The notes under the pieces are model-generated. The model searched no databases. It saw nothing but the letters and a program-made list of their open reading frames with translations, and had not been told where the DNA came from. The translations under genes and the position numbers were made by a program. Below, in pieces: positions 46,701 through 56,690 of a DNA stretch of 64,000 nucleotides (position 1 is its first letter; every line of letters begins with the position of its first letter). Source of the stretch: Planctomycetota bacterium (lineage in GTDB: Bacteria > Planctomycetota > SZUA-567 > H5-PLA8); assembly GCA_038227875.1 (NCBI GenBank), contig JBBRPR010000007.1, positions 1-64,000 of the forward strand, read 5' to 3'.

Positions 46701-47870
46701 CGGGTCCTTCTCCAGGCATTTCAAGACGATGGTCTGAATGTCGCGATGGATCTTGGGATTAAGCTGCCGCGGCGGCCGCACCGGCTCGCTGATCACCGCG
46801 ACGACGACTTCCAGCAGTGAGCGTCCCGCAAACGGAGTTTTGCCGGTCAGCATTTCATACAGCACCGCGCCGATGGCGTAGACGTCAGATCTCGCGTCGA
46901 TGCGGTCGATTTCACCGCGCGCCTGCTCCGGAGGCATGTATGCCGGCGTGCCAAGCGTCGTGCCGGACATTGTGTACTTGGTGTCGAGATCGACCTGCTT
47001 GGCCAGGCCGAAGTCAGTAATGTGTGGCTGATTCTGGGTGTCGAGCAGAATGTTGGACGGCTTGATGTCGCGATGAATCACGCCGGCCGTGTGTGCAGAG
47101 TGAAACGCATCGGCCAGCGATTCGGCGATCGCCAGCGCCTGTGAAATCGAGATCTTTTCTTCCGTGATCAGCGTCGAAAGCGCATGGCCTTCTACAAATT
47201 CCATCGCGAAATAATGATGTCCATCATGCGTGCCGATGTCGTAGATCGGCACGATGTTCGGATGTTTCAAGCGCGCCACCGCTTTGGCTTCGCGGTGGAA
47301 GCGGGCTACCGCTTCAGCCGATGCGTGCTGCCCGGCGAGCAGGACCTTCAACGCGACGACGCGGTCGAGACCCTGCTGGCGCGCTTTGTAAACGACGCCG
47401 AAGCTGCCACGGCTGATTTCTTCAATGATGTCGTAGCTGTTGACGCGGCGGCGCTGCGAATGTGCATCGCCGGGCGGCGCAAAGGAACCGGAGACAGAGG
47501 ATTCACCGCGAGCCCCGGAAACTCCCCCGGAACCGGTCACCAATGAATCAGAATGCTGCGAACCGGAATCGCCCTTGATCGACAAGGGTGGCGTCGGCGA
47601 AGTGATCGCGGCCAACGGATCGCTGGAGATGGGTTGATCGATCGCCGCTTCCACGATCGGGCTGCCGCCGACATTCAACAACGGGCGCAGAATCGTCGTG
47701 CGGTGCGTGGAACCCGTGGTGCTGGAGCTGAGCTTCTCGATGCAGGCGTTGCAGACTGGGCGCTCGCTGAGCAGCGTGTCTTGATCGGTATGTGACGATG
47801 CCTGGACCGCAGGGTCCGGCAAGGGCAGCAATTGCCCGCACACCGAACATCGCAACACCGTCACAGCCAA
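43743..47870 (-). CDS. Membrane Ser/Thr protein kinase with N-terminal CxxC pair and large extracytoplasmic region
   Basis: RGSFGVVY, VALK, HRDIKPSN, DFG, GTPAYMPPE, DVYAIG; TM after the kinase; helical repeats at the C-terminus. Confidence 0.92.
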   Translation of the reverse strand: MAVTVLRCSVCGQLLPLPDPAVQASSHTDQDTLLSERPVCNACIEKLSSSTTGSTHRTTILRPLLNVGGSPIVEAAIDQPISSDPLAAITSPTPPLSIKGDSGSQHSDSLVTGSGGVSGARGESSVSGSFAPPGDAHSQRRRVNSYDIIEEISRGSFGVVYKARQQGLDRVVALKVLLAGQHASAEAVARFHREAKAVARLKHPNIVPIYDIGTHDGHHYFAMEFVEGHALSTLITEEKISISQALAIAESLADAFHSAHTAGVIHRDIKPSNILLDTQNQPHITDFGLAKQVDLDTKYTMSGTTLGTPAYMPPEQARGEIDRIDARSDVYAIGAVLYEMLTGKTPFAGRSLLEVVVAVISEPVRPPRQLNPKIHRDIQTIVLKCLEKDPRLRYASAADLRDDLRRFRSGEAIRAKPAGFVRLGARFVRRQSALIAAIFVVLFALGFSYLRVQKSKQEEIELKQARFNEQINKKPRWRPDWWFPLRDDAQLNDEQRDHVKLTGNKCQNTTGFIGSEVDGWDFVDGKTIHLPRKDAMSIREDCFGDVDADIHFKIPEAIAEAGVRVGIESVLKPYAGIPFLFEYRTNPSTVRIIGPKNLNARTTSGDPGMIELEVKAEKQAPELDEGKYTLNIHREGTKLSFQLMPDRGSRSVSIAIDDIDLSNWVFKDTRLVFRTPSLVPPIEIQSVDVRHRDVPEEELGFMKFREGEYQAAEKGLQDLATRDDHFKSAQAYLSLGLINQITHINSWWLEKPDMFQEALRELDTFRDQIKQRRQELTRDRAKYDHQEPGSADRFLQEVDNAEREAVSLATELHLRRILRLAKTRDWKGVQSELKVGWPDRTIGEPLAWNLDSVLVAAVHHSADEDPDLPLETALALFQKLGITAGSEHIGKVANELGLLLSFGGRFDDLVALHTAYPSAYMFQSFVDGIDRAVEKGKMVDATRLLKHIVAPARAAGQSRQLLAKVCAQIEKHSGMLAGRENFNAFTDSLLPVMVAYLPQDDEALGQIGNSIDKIARLLIKGGRFTDLVKLHNVLRAKSPTETRLASAFAEAVGVLAAANDPESQSTALDLLNHAGKFIAQDNPEIQQSAEALGRRRMTTASGDPNYQALIEVYHVYPSPGLVKMADEAMHDMLAARRYEDAINFYQRARGEFGNAGTALTPGVLAALENVSADKRDRFLAAISDSVTQTLKAANDDSDRAWALEYGDMLMALGQMDKAHEKYQGLSATADLNPELFGKVSVRLCALQIARTGTGYNALSGLISRDKTPDEVKLAAKLLSAPTLLNPAELGDKLKALPGPRLFSAAEWELLSGIRAFADQRTADAQANWNSAIQKASRDHSWVTGVASQLLRLAAHGPSDDPPPTEKPDPENGKTN

Positions 47871-48129
47871 AATACCGCTCCTGCTTTCAGTCGTGTGTCG
47901 TACCTAACTACCGCACTTCGTCCAGACGGATTCCCCGGCCATTATAGTGCATCTAAGGATAGGCGTTCTTTGGATTTATTACAATAACCTACCCCGTAAA
48001 GTAGCACCCGAAAATGCACCTGTTCCACCTCTATAGACAACTCAAAATGTGTAGTGTCCACAGAAAGACGCTAAAATTGTGCGTTCCCTGTAAACGATCG
48101 GTAATATTTTTGAGGAAGTTGAAACGTGT

Positions 48130-48363
48130 TTACTGGCCGTCATTACCGATAGCTTCAACCGGACATTCTTCCAGCGCCTGCTGGCAGAGCGTCTTCTCGT
48201 CGTCAGTGACGGGCTGTTTGGAGACAAACGAATACCCGCCCTGCGCATTGCGTGAGAAAAAATCCGGCGCCGTCTGGCGGCACAGATCGCAATCGATGCA
48301 CTGCGTATCCGTGTAGAAGGATCCGGCGACATTGTCTTTATATTTGTCAGCGGCGCTGGCCAT
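48130..48363 (-). CDS. Ferredoxin (single cluster)
   Basis: CIDCDLC...CPVEAIG. Confidence 0.9.
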   Translation of the reverse strand: MASAADKYKDNVAGSFYTDTQCIDCDLCRQTAPDFFSRNAQGGYSFVSKQPVTDDEKTLCQQALEECPVEAIGNDGQ

Positions 48364-48936
48364 TTACTTTTTCCTGTTCTTCTTGGCCTGCGCCAATTCG
48401 TAATCCTCTTCCAATTCGCCCAGTGACCGGCGCAACATCGCGCGCGAAGCCATGCCCAGCTTATTGATGAAGAGTATCCCGTTAAGGTGGTCATTCTCGT
48501 GCTGGCAGACGCGCGCCATCAGATCCGCCGCGTCAAATTCGATCTGGTCGCCCTTCAGATTTGTTGCCGCGACATGCAGCGACGCAAAGCGTTTCACTTT
48601 CGCGCGAATACCGGGAATCGAAAGGCAGCCTTCTTCTTCCGTCAGCGTGCCTTCCAGCTTCGAAAGCACCGGGTTAATCAACGCCATGCATCCGGATTTG
48701 TCTTTCGATATGTCGACCAGGAAAATGCGCAACCCCACGCCCACCTGCGGAGCGGCCAGGCCGATGCCCTCCGCGGCGTACATCGTTACCTTCATCCGCT
48801 CGATCAAATCGGCCAGCACCCAGCCGCCGGCCTTGCCTTCCTTGAGCTCATCCGGTTTGATGGCGCGCGCCGTCTTGCCCAAAAAAGGATCGGGATACAG
48901 GACGATTTCAAGCGGTTCTGCGGTGGTGGTAGACAT
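48364..48936 (-). CDS. def: Peptide deformylase
   Basis: GIGLAAPQVG, EGCLS, QHENDHLNG. Confidence 0.96.
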   Translation of the reverse strand: MSTTTAEPLEIVLYPDPFLGKTARAIKPDELKEGKAGGWVLADLIERMKVTMYAAEGIGLAAPQVGVGLRIFLVDISKDKSGCMALINPVLSKLEGTLTEEEGCLSIPGIRAKVKRFASLHVAATNLKGDQIEFDAADLMARVCQHENDHLNGILFINKLGMASRAMLRRSLGELEEDYELAQAKKNRKK

Positions 48937-48974
48937 GTGTGTGAATCTCGTTAACAGCTCATCGAAGCTTCAGA

Positions 48975-49460
48975 TTAACGCGAGATGTCCTCCAACGTCA
49001 ACCCCAACCGCGTCTCTTCTTTCGGCGAACTTAAGATTACACTGGTGCGCGTCGAGACCACACCATCCAGAGGCCGGAGATCGCCGGAGATCAGCGACTC
49101 CAGCGAGGTCGTAGACCGAGTCCTCACTTTCAACAGGTAGTCCATCTCGCCGGTAACGTGGTAACACTCCAGCACGTCTTCCAATTCCGAAATGCGCTGT
49201 AAAAAAGCCTTGGCGTGAATGGGTTTATCCAGCGACACCGCGATAAATGCCGTGATCGGCCGGTTGACCTTGTTGGGATCCAGCAAACCCACGTAGCGGC
49301 GGATGATGCCCGACGACTCAAGCTTCTTGACTCGCTCACCGACAGAAGGCGCCGACAAACCCACGAGCTTTGCGATCTCCGAATGACTCGTTCGGCCATC
49401 TTTTTGTAGGATGTCCAGAATCTTCAAGTCGATAGCATCCAAAGTGCACCTCGCGGACAA
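48975..49460 (-). CDS. Lrp/AsnC-family regulator
   Basis: LDAIDLKIL..LQKDGR, HTH, VTGEMDYLLKV. Confidence 0.93.
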   Translation of the reverse strand: MSARCTLDAIDLKILDILQKDGRTSHSEIAKLVGLSAPSVGERVKKLESSGIIRRYVGLLDPNKVNRPITAFIAVSLDKPIHAKAFLQRISELEDVLECYHVTGEMDYLLKVRTRSTTSLESLISGDLRPLDGVVSTRTSVILSSPKEETRLGLTLEDISR

Positions 49461-49698
49461 AAAGTAGAGCCAGTGTTTACATTAAACCTGTAGCCAAACG
49501 CTACCCGAATCCGCAGTTTTTAAGGCATGGTCCGTTGAATTTCAACCTACGATTTTAAGCCGAGACGAAATATGCCGCTTTCCGCCTTCCGAGTCGCAAG
49601 TCTTGTTTTCAGACTTTACCTAAAAATTGTTGGTGAAAACGCCGCCGCTGCGGATTTCTTCTTCAAATCTTGCGACGCACTTGTATCCTCTTGACCCC

Positions 49699-50733
49699 AT
49701 GACAAAAGCCGAATACGGACAGCCTATTTTTTTAAAGCCAGTGCTGATGGAGAAAGTCTGGGGCGGCAATCGCATCGCGTCGTTCGGACCGGGTAAGCGT
49801 GCCGAACCGGGAAAGATCATCGGTGAAAGCTGGGAGCTGGTCGACCGCCCGGAAGCGCAAAGCGTCGTGGTGGGTGGTCCGTGGAATGGCAAAACGCTCC
49901 GGACGCTGATGGAGGAAGACGCGATTCTCGTGTTGGGCGCCGAATTCGCCGCTGCCAAGCCCGCGCGCTTTCCGTTGCTGTGCAAGTACGTCGACGCCGG
50001 TTCCGCGCTCTCGGTTCAGGTTCATCCCGACGACATCGGCGCCAAAGCGTTCAACGACCGTGGCAAAAGTGAATGCTGGATCGTTGTCCATGCAGAACCA
50101 GATTCGAAGATCATCCGCGGCCTGCGTCCCGGCACCACTCGCGCGGCATACGAACAAGCCGTCGCGAAGGAGTGCGTGGAAGACGTGCTCTGTTCGTTTA
50201 CGCCGAAAGTGGGCGATGTTCTCGCTCTTCCGCCTGGGATGGTGCACGCAATCGGCGCCGGCATCATGGTCGCTGAGATTCAGCAGAATTCCGACCTGAC
50301 GTTGCGTATCTACGATTACAATCGCGTGGGCCTGGATGGCAAACCGCGCCCGCTGCATGTCAAAGAGGCGCTGGAAGCAGTCCGTTTCGGCGAACCGGGA
50401 TGCGAATTTACCGGGGACATGCGCGCAAACACGGTTACGCCGTTGGCCGAACTCAAGGCCGGGCCGTTGCTCACGCAAAAAATGTTTCAGGGGAAGTACT
50501 TTGATCTAACCCGCTTCATATTGGCCGCCGGCACGTCGTTCGAACTACAGGCCAACCCCGACGCGCCACGGATTATGATGTGCGTGGCGGGCCACGGAAA
50601 GCTCGCCGGCCGCACGCTGGATGAAGGACAGACGGTGCTCGTACCTGCCTGCGCGCCGCCACTTCTGGTCGAGTCTTCTCCACAAGCGGAGTTAGTGCTG
50701 CTGTACAGCACGCCAACTCTGGCGGCGTGTTAA
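49699..50733 (+). CDS. manA: Type I mannose-6-phosphate isomerase (cupin)
   Basis: EKVWGG, GESWE, LSVQVHPDD, KSECW, HAIG, EIQQNSD..RIYDY. Confidence 0.88.
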   Translation: MTKAEYGQPIFLKPVLMEKVWGGNRIASFGPGKRAEPGKIIGESWELVDRPEAQSVVVGGPWNGKTLRTLMEEDAILVLGAEFAAAKPARFPLLCKYVDAGSALSVQVHPDDIGAKAFNDRGKSECWIVVHAEPDSKIIRGLRPGTTRAAYEQAVAKECVEDVLCSFTPKVGDVLALPPGMVHAIGAGIMVAEIQQNSDLTLRIYDYNRVGLDGKPRPLHVKEALEAVRFGEPGCEFTGDMRANTVTPLAELKAGPLLTQKMFQGKYFDLTRFILAAGTSFELQANPDAPRIMMCVAGHGKLAGRTLDEGQTVLVPACAPPLLVESSPQAELVLLYSTPTLAAC

Positions 50734-50737
50734 TGCA

Positions 50738-51073
50738 TTACTTGTGATCGTCGTTGTCGTCGACGTGATTACGCTCGTCTCGCTTTCTAAGGGAACTTTC
50801 CGCTTTCTCCCACTGTTCCTTGGAGAGGATGGCCTGAACCCTATCCTTAATTTTGCCGTATTCCGCGCGGGTCTTAGGCATCGGCAAATCGAACAGGTCG
50901 TTAAGTTTGGCCTTCTGCTCTGCGCTCAAATTCAACTCCTCGCCGTGATTAATAATCTCGCGGATCCATTTAAATTTTTGCGGTGCAGCATTCTCTTCCG
51001 CACGTGTGCTGTATTGAACGGAAATTATGCAAGCAACCGCGATGGCGCAAATCCGGACGAATCGACAGATCAT
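50738..51073 (-). CDS. Small secreted helical protein
   Basis: SD GGAGG; signal peptide; LNLSAEQ and ILSKEQ motifs. Confidence 0.6.
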   Translation of the reverse strand: MICRFVRICAIAVACIISVQYSTRAEENAAPQKFKWIREIINHGEELNLSAEQKAKLNDLFDLPMPKTRAEYGKIKDRVQAILSKEQWEKAESSLRKRDERNHVDDNDDHK

Positions 51074-51323
51074 GCTCAAGCCTCCACTAAAAAGAGTCGC
51101 AAATTCAAACAGGACATGCAAAAATCAGGGCGCGCCAAGGGTGAATGGCACAATTCGTTCCAAAGGGTGCGATAATCTAACGTGCCACAAGTGAGTGATA
51201 GAAATTCTCAAGACAGTGACATTATTTGACAGTACTACTGACAACTTCCCGACGTGCGTGAATCGAGATTTTAAAACATATTGATTTTAAAGGATTTAAA
51301 AATACGAAAAGATATCTAAGACG

Positions 51324-51339
51324 TGGAATTGTGTTTGCT
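51324..51339 (+). promoter_or_regulatory. Putative sigma54 promoter of the pilin gene
   Basis: TGGAAT-TGTGT-TTGCT with exact GG-N10-GC spacing; AT-rich IHF-like tract and three TGACA repeats upstream. Confidence 0.6.
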
Positions 51340-51438
51340 TATCCTAACTTTGTCAAAGCGCAGAAGACTCAGACTCGCGGTTGAGTGTGGGAGCGGTTCC
51401 CACCTCTGGGTTAGGCGACTGATAAGGAGAAAGACACC

Positions 51439-51999
51439 ATGAGGAGTAAGGGCTTCACACTGATTGAGCTGATGATCGTAGTCGCGATCATCGCCATTAT
51501 CGCGGCAATCGCCATCCCCAGCTTGCTGAGATCGCGAATGGCCGCCAACGAAACAGCTGCCGCCGCCGCCTGCAAGGCGTTCGCGGAAGCGCAGGAAATC
51601 TACCATCGCACGGACTATACCAAGTCCGCGGTGCTTCAGTATTCGCAGCATCTGTCGGGCGTGAACAGCTTGCTCGGCGTCAGCGGCGAACTCGCCCTGA
51701 TCGACAAGACGTTCGCCACCGCCGAAGGTCCGGCCACGTCGGCCACGCCGAAGGCTGGTTACGTCTTCACCGTCATGACCTCCCAGGCTGCCGCCGCCAC
51801 GGGTGGTGCCCGCAACTACGTCGTGAATTCGTTCATGACGCTGGGCTACGCAGTCAATGCCGTCCCGGGTGCGTGGGATAGCACGGGCCGCGATCAGTTC
51901 ATCATCAACAACAACGGTACGATCTTCCAGCAGGACACGGGCAACTCCACCCTGTTGACCCTGTTCAACCCGGACACGAACTGGGTTCCGACTCAGTGA
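51439..51999 (+). CDS. Type IV pilin-like protein
   Basis: Prepilin G|FTLIELMIVVAIIAIIAAIAIP; SD AAGGAG; own terminator. Confidence 0.92.
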   Translation: MRSKGFTLIELMIVVAIIAIIAAIAIPSLLRSRMAANETAAAAACKAFAEAQEIYHRTDYTKSAVLQYSQHLSGVNSLLGVSGELALIDKTFATAEGPATSATPKAGYVFTVMTSQAAAATGGARNYVVNSFMTLGYAVNAVPGAWDSTGRDQFIINNNGTIFQQDTGNSTLLTLFNPDTNWVPTQ

Positions 52000-52021
52000 G
52001 ATCCGCTCGTACTGCGCTTTG

Positions 52022-52056
52022 AAAAGGACGGCCCTTCGGGGCCGTTCTTTTTTTTA
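52022..52056 (+). terminator. Intrinsic terminator
   Basis: GGACGGCCC-ttcg-GGGCCGTTC plus a long T run. Confidence 0.9.
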
Positions 52057-52165
52057 TGAATGAATAACTTATCTTCCCGCCTCTGCTTGACGCCGCGCCC
52101 ACTCCTCCTACGGTTCTGAACTATCATGACCGCTGGTTCCCAATTCCCTGGAGGAAGTTCAAGAC

Positions 52166-53512
52166 ATGGCCGGTATCTTCAAATCCTATGACGTCCGAGG
52201 CACCGTTCCCGCGCAACTCACCACCGGCGATGCGTACAAAATCGGCAAGGCCACCGCTGCATACTTGAAAGCAAAAACACTGGCCGTGGCCCGTGACGCC
52301 CGCATTCAGTCTCCGGCGATGGCTCATGCGCTGATGGCCGGCATCAATGCCGCCGGATGCGATTGCATCGATCTGGGCATGAATCCCACCCCCATGACCT
52401 ATTACGCCACAGGCGTGCTCGGCAAGCAGATTCAAGGCGCCATTCAGGTTACCGCGTCGCACAATCCCTCTCAATACAGCGGCTTCAAATTCACCCGCGG
52501 CGGCGCGCTGCCCATGAGCTACGATTCGGGCATCGGCGAGATTGAAACGCTCTTCAAGTCCGACCTGCCGGACCTCGCCAGAAAGCCGGGCAAGACGACC
52601 GTCAAGAACATGCGTGCCGGCTATGTCAAGCTCTGCAAGCAGTACGCGAATTTCAAGCGCCCGCTCAAAGTCGCCATCGACACAGGCAACGGCATTATGG
52701 GCGATATTCTTCCGGAGCTCTTGAAAGGCCTGCCGCTCAAGGTCACCCCGCTCTTCTTCAAACCCGACGGCACGTTCCCCAACCACGAAGCCAATCCGCT
52801 CAAGCTTGAAAACCTCGTCGACCTGCAGAAAGCAGTGCTCGCCAAGAAATGCGAAATCGGAGCCGCGTTCGACGGCGACGGCGACCGCGTGGCCTTCGTC
52901 GACGAAACCGGAGCAGCCGTGCCCGGCGACATCGCCGGCGCGCTGATGGCGCAGGTGCTGCTCTCGATTCCCGAAAACAAAGGTGCGACCGTCTACTATG
53001 ACGTTCGCGCCACCAAGGCCCTGCCGGAAGCAATCCGGGCCGCCGGCGGCATTGCGTTGGAATCCCGCGTCGGCCACAGCCACATCAAGAAAAACATTCG
53101 AGAGAAAAAGGCGATCATGGCCGCGGAACTCAGCGGACACTATTACTTCCGCGACTTCTTTTACTCCGATTCGGGCGAGTCGGCATTCTTCCTCGTCTTG
53201 AGCCTGCTCAGCCAGCAGGCCACACCGATGAGCGAGTTGGTAAAGCCGCTCATGCGCTATCACCACACGGGCGAAATCAACTTCGAAGTCCACGACGCCG
53301 CCAAAGCCATCGCTGCCGTCGAAGCGAAGTACGGCGCTCAGGCGAAGATCAGCCGCATCGATGGTGTCTCCCTCGACTTCGGTTCGTGGTGGTTCAACCT
53401 ACGCATGAGCAACACCGAGCCGGTCGTGCGCTTGAACCTGGAAAGTTTGACGTCGAAAGATGAGATGGAAGCGAAGAAAGCGGAAGTCTCTCAGCTCATT
53501 ACCAGCGCGTAA
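52166..53512 (+). CDS. Phosphomannomutase/phosphoglucomutase
   Basis: FKSYDVRG, TASHNP, FDGDGDR, ELSGHYYF, RMSNTEP. Confidence 0.93.
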   Translation: MAGIFKSYDVRGTVPAQLTTGDAYKIGKATAAYLKAKTLAVARDARIQSPAMAHALMAGINAAGCDCIDLGMNPTPMTYYATGVLGKQIQGAIQVTASHNPSQYSGFKFTRGGALPMSYDSGIGEIETLFKSDLPDLARKPGKTTVKNMRAGYVKLCKQYANFKRPLKVAIDTGNGIMGDILPELLKGLPLKVTPLFFKPDGTFPNHEANPLKLENLVDLQKAVLAKKCEIGAAFDGDGDRVAFVDETGAAVPGDIAGALMAQVLLSIPENKGATVYYDVRATKALPEAIRAAGGIALESRVGHSHIKKNIREKKAIMAAELSGHYYFRDFFYSDSGESAFFLVLSLLSQQATPMSELVKPLMRYHHTGEINFEVHDAAKAIAAVEAKYGAQAKISRIDGVSLDFGSWWFNLRMSNTEPVVRLNLESLTSKDEMEAKKAEVSQLITSA

Positions 53513-53576
53513 TGAGGGTGGAGCATGCATGGATGACCCCAGGGACAGCTGCCCCTGAGGGTGAAATTCGAGCTCG

Positions 53577-54719
53577 TTACTTGCCGAAGACGTCGCGAAT
53601 CGCATTGACGTACGCATCGCCGGTCACCGTGTCCGGCAACAGGTAACTGCCTTCGGTCCATTCGTTCCACGCGTTGATCGTCAGAATGCGCTGCTTCACG
53701 TCCGGGCCTTCGAGGAACGATTTGGCTTTCTGCAGCGCCGTTTTAAATGCCTCCGGCGTGTTGCCATCGAGCATCGCCATCCACGGGTAGCCGCGATTTT
53801 CAAACGTGTCGCTCTGAATGGTGCGCGGCGACGAATCCCAACCCATCGACACGTTTGGATGGTACGGCACCGGGAACAGTTTCAAATTCTCGCCCCAGAC
53901 CTGCGCGTTGCGTTCGAAGGCTTTCTGGTAGCTGCTCTTCGGGAAGCCGACGCTGTGCGCATCGAAATGATGTACCCAGCAGTAGCTCCCGACGCTGGTG
54001 ATGTCGAGCAGTTCGATCACCTGAGCCGGATTGGAGAGTTTCACTTCGCTGGGCAGCACCTGCACGCCCCACGTAATGCCATTGAGATGGATGTCGAAGC
54101 CCTTCTTCGCCGCGCGCGCCCGGAATCCGTCAATGGCCTTGCGCGCCGCGTCAACGCCCCCGATCCCGGCGATGAACGTACCCATCTCGTAAATCGAAAA
54201 GTAGACCGCGTTGTCGATGCGCCAGTAGTTCGACCGTGGGAAGTATTCGTTGATCGCGTGGTCGGTCAGCCGTTCAAACGCCACAGCCGAAACGCGCCCC
54301 GGAGCCATCAGCTCAGGCTTGTTGGTGAACTTGGAGGGATGAATGTTGAGCCAATCGTGATTGGCCCACATCAGCGCGAACTTCATGCGCGTGTTGTTCT
54401 TCGCTTTCAGGAAACCACTTTCTAGTCCGTGCTCGAGAAACGGGCCGTCTTCGTACCAGTACCAGTCGTAGATGAAACAATCGAGCGCATGGTCGGCCGC
54501 ATAATCGATCTCGCGCGCCGTCCATTCAGGATTTGCCTCGTCGAAGTAACCCCACGCCGGAACAATCGGCTGACGATGCCCCGGAAAGCGCGGCCGCGCG
54601 GCTTTGACCAGATCCCATTCGGTCCAGCCTTTGCCGTGCCACTTGTCGTTGCGCGGATCGGGATGGTATTGCGGAAAGTAGTACGCTGCGACCGTGAAAT
54701 CCCGACTCATCCCGCTCAT
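53577..54719 (-). CDS. GH99-like (WbsX-family) glycoside hydrolase domain protein
   Basis: YYFPQYH, WGYFDE, YDWYWY, WANHDW, INAWNEWTEGSYLLPD. Confidence 0.85.
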   Translation of the reverse strand: MSGMSRDFTVAAYYFPQYHPDPRNDKWHGKGWTEWDLVKAARPRFPGHRQPIVPAWGYFDEANPEWTAREIDYAADHALDCFIYDWYWYEDGPFLEHGLESGFLKAKNNTRMKFALMWANHDWLNIHPSKFTNKPELMAPGRVSAVAFERLTDHAINEYFPRSNYWRIDNAVYFSIYEMGTFIAGIGGVDAARKAIDGFRARAAKKGFDIHLNGITWGVQVLPSEVKLSNPAQVIELLDITSVGSYCWVHHFDAHSVGFPKSSYQKAFERNAQVWGENLKLFPVPYHPNVSMGWDSSPRTIQSDTFENRGYPWMAMLDGNTPEAFKTALQKAKSFLEGPDVKQRILTINAWNEWTEGSYLLPDTVTGDAYVNAIRDVFGK

Positions 54720-54737
54720 CCCCCGCCCACCTTTGTC

Positions 54738-56552
54738 TCAGTTACCTGGCTTCTTTGCTCCAATGAGCTTGTCTGCGATTCCACGTATTGCATCCGGTCT
54801 GGTAATCGGCAACGAACATCGGAGGTTGGCGCAAACAAACGCCACTACGTCTTTCCGGTCCGGATATTCAATGCCACCAGGATTGGGCAGCGGCCCTTCC
54901 GATCGGTCATACCATTCCACTCGCCGGTACGGCGCACCATAGCTGAGCGCCGACTTGAACATCGCTTTCGCCACCTCGTCGCTCTTGGAGCCGACGACGA
55001 CTAGGTGTACCGGTTCGTTCTTCTTCGACAACTCGTAATCGGCCATCAAAACCGCTGCGGCCGGAAGCCGATTGGCAATCTCGGGCGCCGTCAGAAACTT
55101 AAACGCTCGGTCTGACAATTCGCGGTACTCTTTCTTGCCTGTGTAATAGAAGAGCAGATTTCCAAAGCGCGCCGCGTCGACGTTCTCCTCGCGCAGTGGC
55201 CGCTGCGGAGCCAGCAAGCCGTTGGCCGGCGGCACTACCGTCGCCAGGCCCGCTTCGCTGCCTGAAAATGTTTTCGCGATGTACCCGGCGGTCTCCTCCG
55301 CATGCGCCAGCCACGCGCGGTCGCCGCTCACCGCATACAAGCTCAAGAACGCCTGAGCCATCGCCAGCGAATCGCTGAGGTACGGGCCGCTCACGTCTTT
55401 CTCGTCGTGCCGGAATCCGCCGCCGGGAAGCGCGCGGTTGGCCTGGACCCACTTCGCCGCCTTGATCGCGCGCTCCAAATACTGCGCATCGCCGGTCGCC
55501 GAATATAACTGGCACACCGCCGCAATCGCCCAGCCGTTGTCGCGGGAGTACACATGCCTGTCGATGCGCGGCATGCCCACTTTCCGGCGGCCCGCATCGT
55601 CCAGCTTGAAGTACTCCGCACTGTGCTCGCCCTGCACCACGTCCGCATCCTGGCTCACGTAAAACGCGCCATCGGGGCTGCTCAGAAACGTGTTGAGGTA
55701 CTTGTAAATATCCTGCGCCGCTTTCAGGTACGCCGGGTCGCCGTACTTCTGAAATCCCAGCGCAAACAGCCGCAGATTCGGAGCTTCGTGCTGCATGATC
55801 TTTTCGAAGTGCGGCTCGTCCCACCTGCCACCGGTTGAGTACTGATACACGCCGCCCCAGACCGGATCGATCAGCGCCAATTGCGCCGTCAGATTGCCCT
55901 TCGCCATCGCGTCCGATTCCGCATCGCCCTTCAGCATGCAGTATTCGACGCTGTCCCATTGCAGATACTTGTGCGAAAAGCCCCAGCCCTGATTGACCTT
56001 GTCGTAGCGACTCAGATGATCGGCTTCGAGCTGCTTTCGCAATTCTTCCGGCAGCGCTCCGGAGTTCTGAAATCGCAGCTCCGGCGCAGCCTGAACGGAC
56101 GGCCCCGGCGACGGATCGTCGATGATCGCTTGAAGAATGCTGGCCATCGGCTTGGGCGGAATGTACGCCGAACGGATGATGATCTCTTTGCCGTCCTCAC
56201 CGAACACCACTGTCGCGGGCCAGCCGTAATCTTCGTAGCGATTGGACAGATCGGGCCGCGAGTCCTGATCGACGCGCACCGCGATGTAGCGCGACTTCAT
56301 CAGGCGGATCACGTCGGGATCCTTGTACGTCACTTCCGCCATCACGTGGCACCAGTGACACCACACCGCTTCCAGGTCGAGCAAAACGAATTTGTGTTCC
56401 TTTTTTGCGCGCGCGAAAATGTCATCCGACCACTTTTCCCAGACGATGCCATCCTTGTCGGGGGCAGCCTCTTCGCCGGCTTTCAATTCAGAAATGGAAG
56501 TGAATGAAAACATCAGTCCGCATACCAACAGCAATGGCCACAAACCACGCAT
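54738..56552 (-). CDS. YyaL/SSP411-like protein (DUF255 thioredoxin plus alpha-barrel), secreted
   Basis: WCHWCHVM, VDQDSRPD, GWP, PHFEK, SQDAD. Confidence 0.88.
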   Translation of the reverse strand: MRGLWPLLLVCGLMFSFTSISELKAGEEAAPDKDGIVWEKWSDDIFARAKKEHKFVLLDLEAVWCHWCHVMAEVTYKDPDVIRLMKSRYIAVRVDQDSRPDLSNRYEDYGWPATVVFGEDGKEIIIRSAYIPPKPMASILQAIIDDPSPGPSVQAAPELRFQNSGALPEELRKQLEADHLSRYDKVNQGWGFSHKYLQWDSVEYCMLKGDAESDAMAKGNLTAQLALIDPVWGGVYQYSTGGRWDEPHFEKIMQHEAPNLRLFALGFQKYGDPAYLKAAQDIYKYLNTFLSSPDGAFYVSQDADVVQGEHSAEYFKLDDAGRRKVGMPRIDRHVYSRDNGWAIAAVCQLYSATGDAQYLERAIKAAKWVQANRALPGGGFRHDEKDVSGPYLSDSLAMAQAFLSLYAVSGDRAWLAHAEETAGYIAKTFSGSEAGLATVVPPANGLLAPQRPLREENVDAARFGNLLFYYTGKKEYRELSDRAFKFLTAPEIANRLPAAAVLMADYELSKKNEPVHLVVVGSKSDEVAKAMFKSALSYGAPYRRVEWYDRSEGPLPNPGGIEYPDRKDVVAFVCANLRCSLPITRPDAIRGIADKLIGAKKPGN

Positions 56553-56690
56553 GCTTCAGCCTCCAGAAATAACCGCGCGAAAGCGTTCATAGTGCACCAG
56601 CGCACAGACGCCAGTGAAGCGCAGTTAAAGGATGGATGTAGTGGACGGTGGAAAATGTTTCTTAAATATGGTTGAGCAACGACGCTCGAT

